This document shows positions 62,295 to 64,000 of a DNA stretch of 64,000 nucleotides, one piece after another. Within the stretch, counting starts at the first letter, position 1; every line of letters begins with the position of its first letter. Position numbers and translations under genes: made by a program. The stretch is from Phoronis australis. Its lineage: Eukaryota; Animalia; Phoronida. The notes under the pieces were generated by a model, which worked only from the letters and a program-made list of their open reading frames with translations, ran no database searches and had not been told where the DNA came from. The stretch lies in NCBI GenBank assembly GCA_002633005.1, contig NMRA01000889.1, forward strand, positions 13,710 to 77,709. The letters run 5' to 3'.

Positions 62295-64000
62295 TGCTTT
62301 AAGTGGAACTTGCATGCTAATTCCTTATCTATGTGATTACCTGGTCAAATTGGTTAGAAATACAACATATAGCAACGATGTGAATATGAAATAGGTTGAA
62401 AGTTGCCAAATGTTTTTAAGAACAAGTTTTGTGTTGCAAATGATCCGCCGCAAATCACTCAACCGTGTCCAGTAAGTATCGCGACCTAGTGTCGTGTGAG
62501 CCCCCATTAGGTATGTATTAGTGCAAAAGTCACCTATTTGCAGAATTTTTCACTTTTACAAGTTGTCAATGAATACAACTGCACTTTGTTTAACGTATCT
62601 GATGTTCAAGTAGCATTGTCATTTAGTCCCTACTGTACATTAGCATAGTTAATAAGATGCAAATACATCTTTAACAGATGTGATCACGCAACCTAATTAA
62701 TTGTAGGAAGGTAAAAAGTCCAAAAGCAAATTCTACAAGCTCCATACTTTCAAAAAAGTATTTCTTTTAGTTAAACCTGTAGTTTTGCAGATACTTGGCT
62801 AAATACACGGACCTATCTGTTGTTCCTTATTCAGCGCCAAATGAGCTTGAAAAAGTGCCAGCTCTTGAGTTATCTCCCCTGACAGTCTGTTCAGATAAAT
62901 CTAGTCCCATCTCATCTGACTTGAATTTTTTACATCCAAGAAATAATTTCAGAAGCCAAACAGTTGAAATGATCAGGTTTAGTCCATGATATATCAATTT
63001 ATTCTAGCCAGTGTTTATATCATGTCACCCTGGGTAATAGCTTTACTCCTCACAATAGGACCTTAGATCACATTTCCTGATAAACAGGCATCTTGATGAC
63101 AGTATAGGAATTGTGCAAATTAGGTGCCACAAAGCGAGTTTCTAATAAAAACAACATGTGTCAAGAACCCAAAATATTTCACTAAAACTGGACAGAAATA
63201 TTTGCTAAAATTGCTCTTTCATTTTTCATCGGCTATGGTTTAGATCTTAAAAATGATATAGCATTTATTTGGTGTTACATATTTTTATGAAAAAATTAGA
63301 AAATGAAATTTAACTAATTGGCCACATTCATGCCCTAATTTAATGAGTTTTTTTTTCTGTAAATGATACGAAATAACTATGTTTGAGTATGCAAGTATAA
63401 CTCTTTTAATCATTGTATGACAAAAGCCATGTGGTGAACAACTAGTATTTCAAATGTCGATGGCATTTTCTCTTTAGAACTGTATAAGCCAAAAGTATTC
63501 AGACAAATGACCTGGAATCCTCATCAAGATGATTGGGTGGAAACCGAATTCATCGTCACGGTGGTCTTCCCTCATGACTGAGATGATGAAGGAAAGTGAG
63601 AAAAGTGGCTTGAGCCATTCTGTTATTAGAGTTTTGCTGTCTTAATAGTTATTACCAGTCATTTTTGCTGAACTTGTCATCATGGCGGGAAAATGGTATT
63701 TTGTCCGATTACTTTTGTCTTGTACTGTACGTCAGTTGAGTAATAGCTCACTTGCGAGTTTCTCGCTAGTCACTGTGACGTCACCGGAAAGGGGGCAAAA
63801 CCCGCCATATTGCTCTTGTTTTGCCCCGAGTCTTTGCTACACACGCTAAAACTTACTGGAGTTCTTATGGTGAATTTTACGCTTAAAACGTTAAAACAAC
63901 TTAAGATATGGTAGATGGGTCGTGGAATAACTGTGAATAGAAGAAGAAAATGTGACCTTGTTATGTTGTGTGAAGCTGTGAACGGACTGAAATTGGAACT

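Noticed and set aside
62790-62989. Candidate next DDX1 exon (ag...gt-bounded ORF)
   Set aside because: I saw no resemblance to the expected SEAIKILKGEY/CRTK block

Overview
AT-rich, repeat-dense animal genomic DNA, most likely a lophotrochozoan invertebrate (inference from the gene and repeat families). No prokaryotic systems, CRISPR arrays, rRNA or tRNA genes were seen. (1) Twelve internal GT-AG coding exons of the DEAD-box/SPRY helicase DDX1 lie on + between 253 and 20052. The 5' exons precede the window, and I found no further DDX1 exon in the remaining ~44 kb. (2) A rhodopsin-class 7TM receptor with an uninterrupted CDS and degenerate DRY/NPxxY motifs lies on - (43465-42407), apparently inside that large intron. 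(3) Mobile DNA is abundant: TTAA-flanked Kolobok elements carrying a THAP transposase remnant and a P2X7-tail-like KolX remnant, two families of Helentron-associated (HINE/DINE-1-like) elements with internal tandem repeats, TA-flanked Tc2/pogo-like MITEs, PIF/Harbinger-like MITEs, a Penelope fragment with a degenerate hammerhead motif, a LINE 3' fragment and two minisatellites. The most striking unexplained signal is that HINE family A carries same-orientation arrays of CTCF-consensus motifs (GCGCCACCTAGTGGC) about 136-159 bp apart, and family B carries CTCF/YY1/ETS/NRF1-like motif clusters. All calls were made by eye, without database searches.
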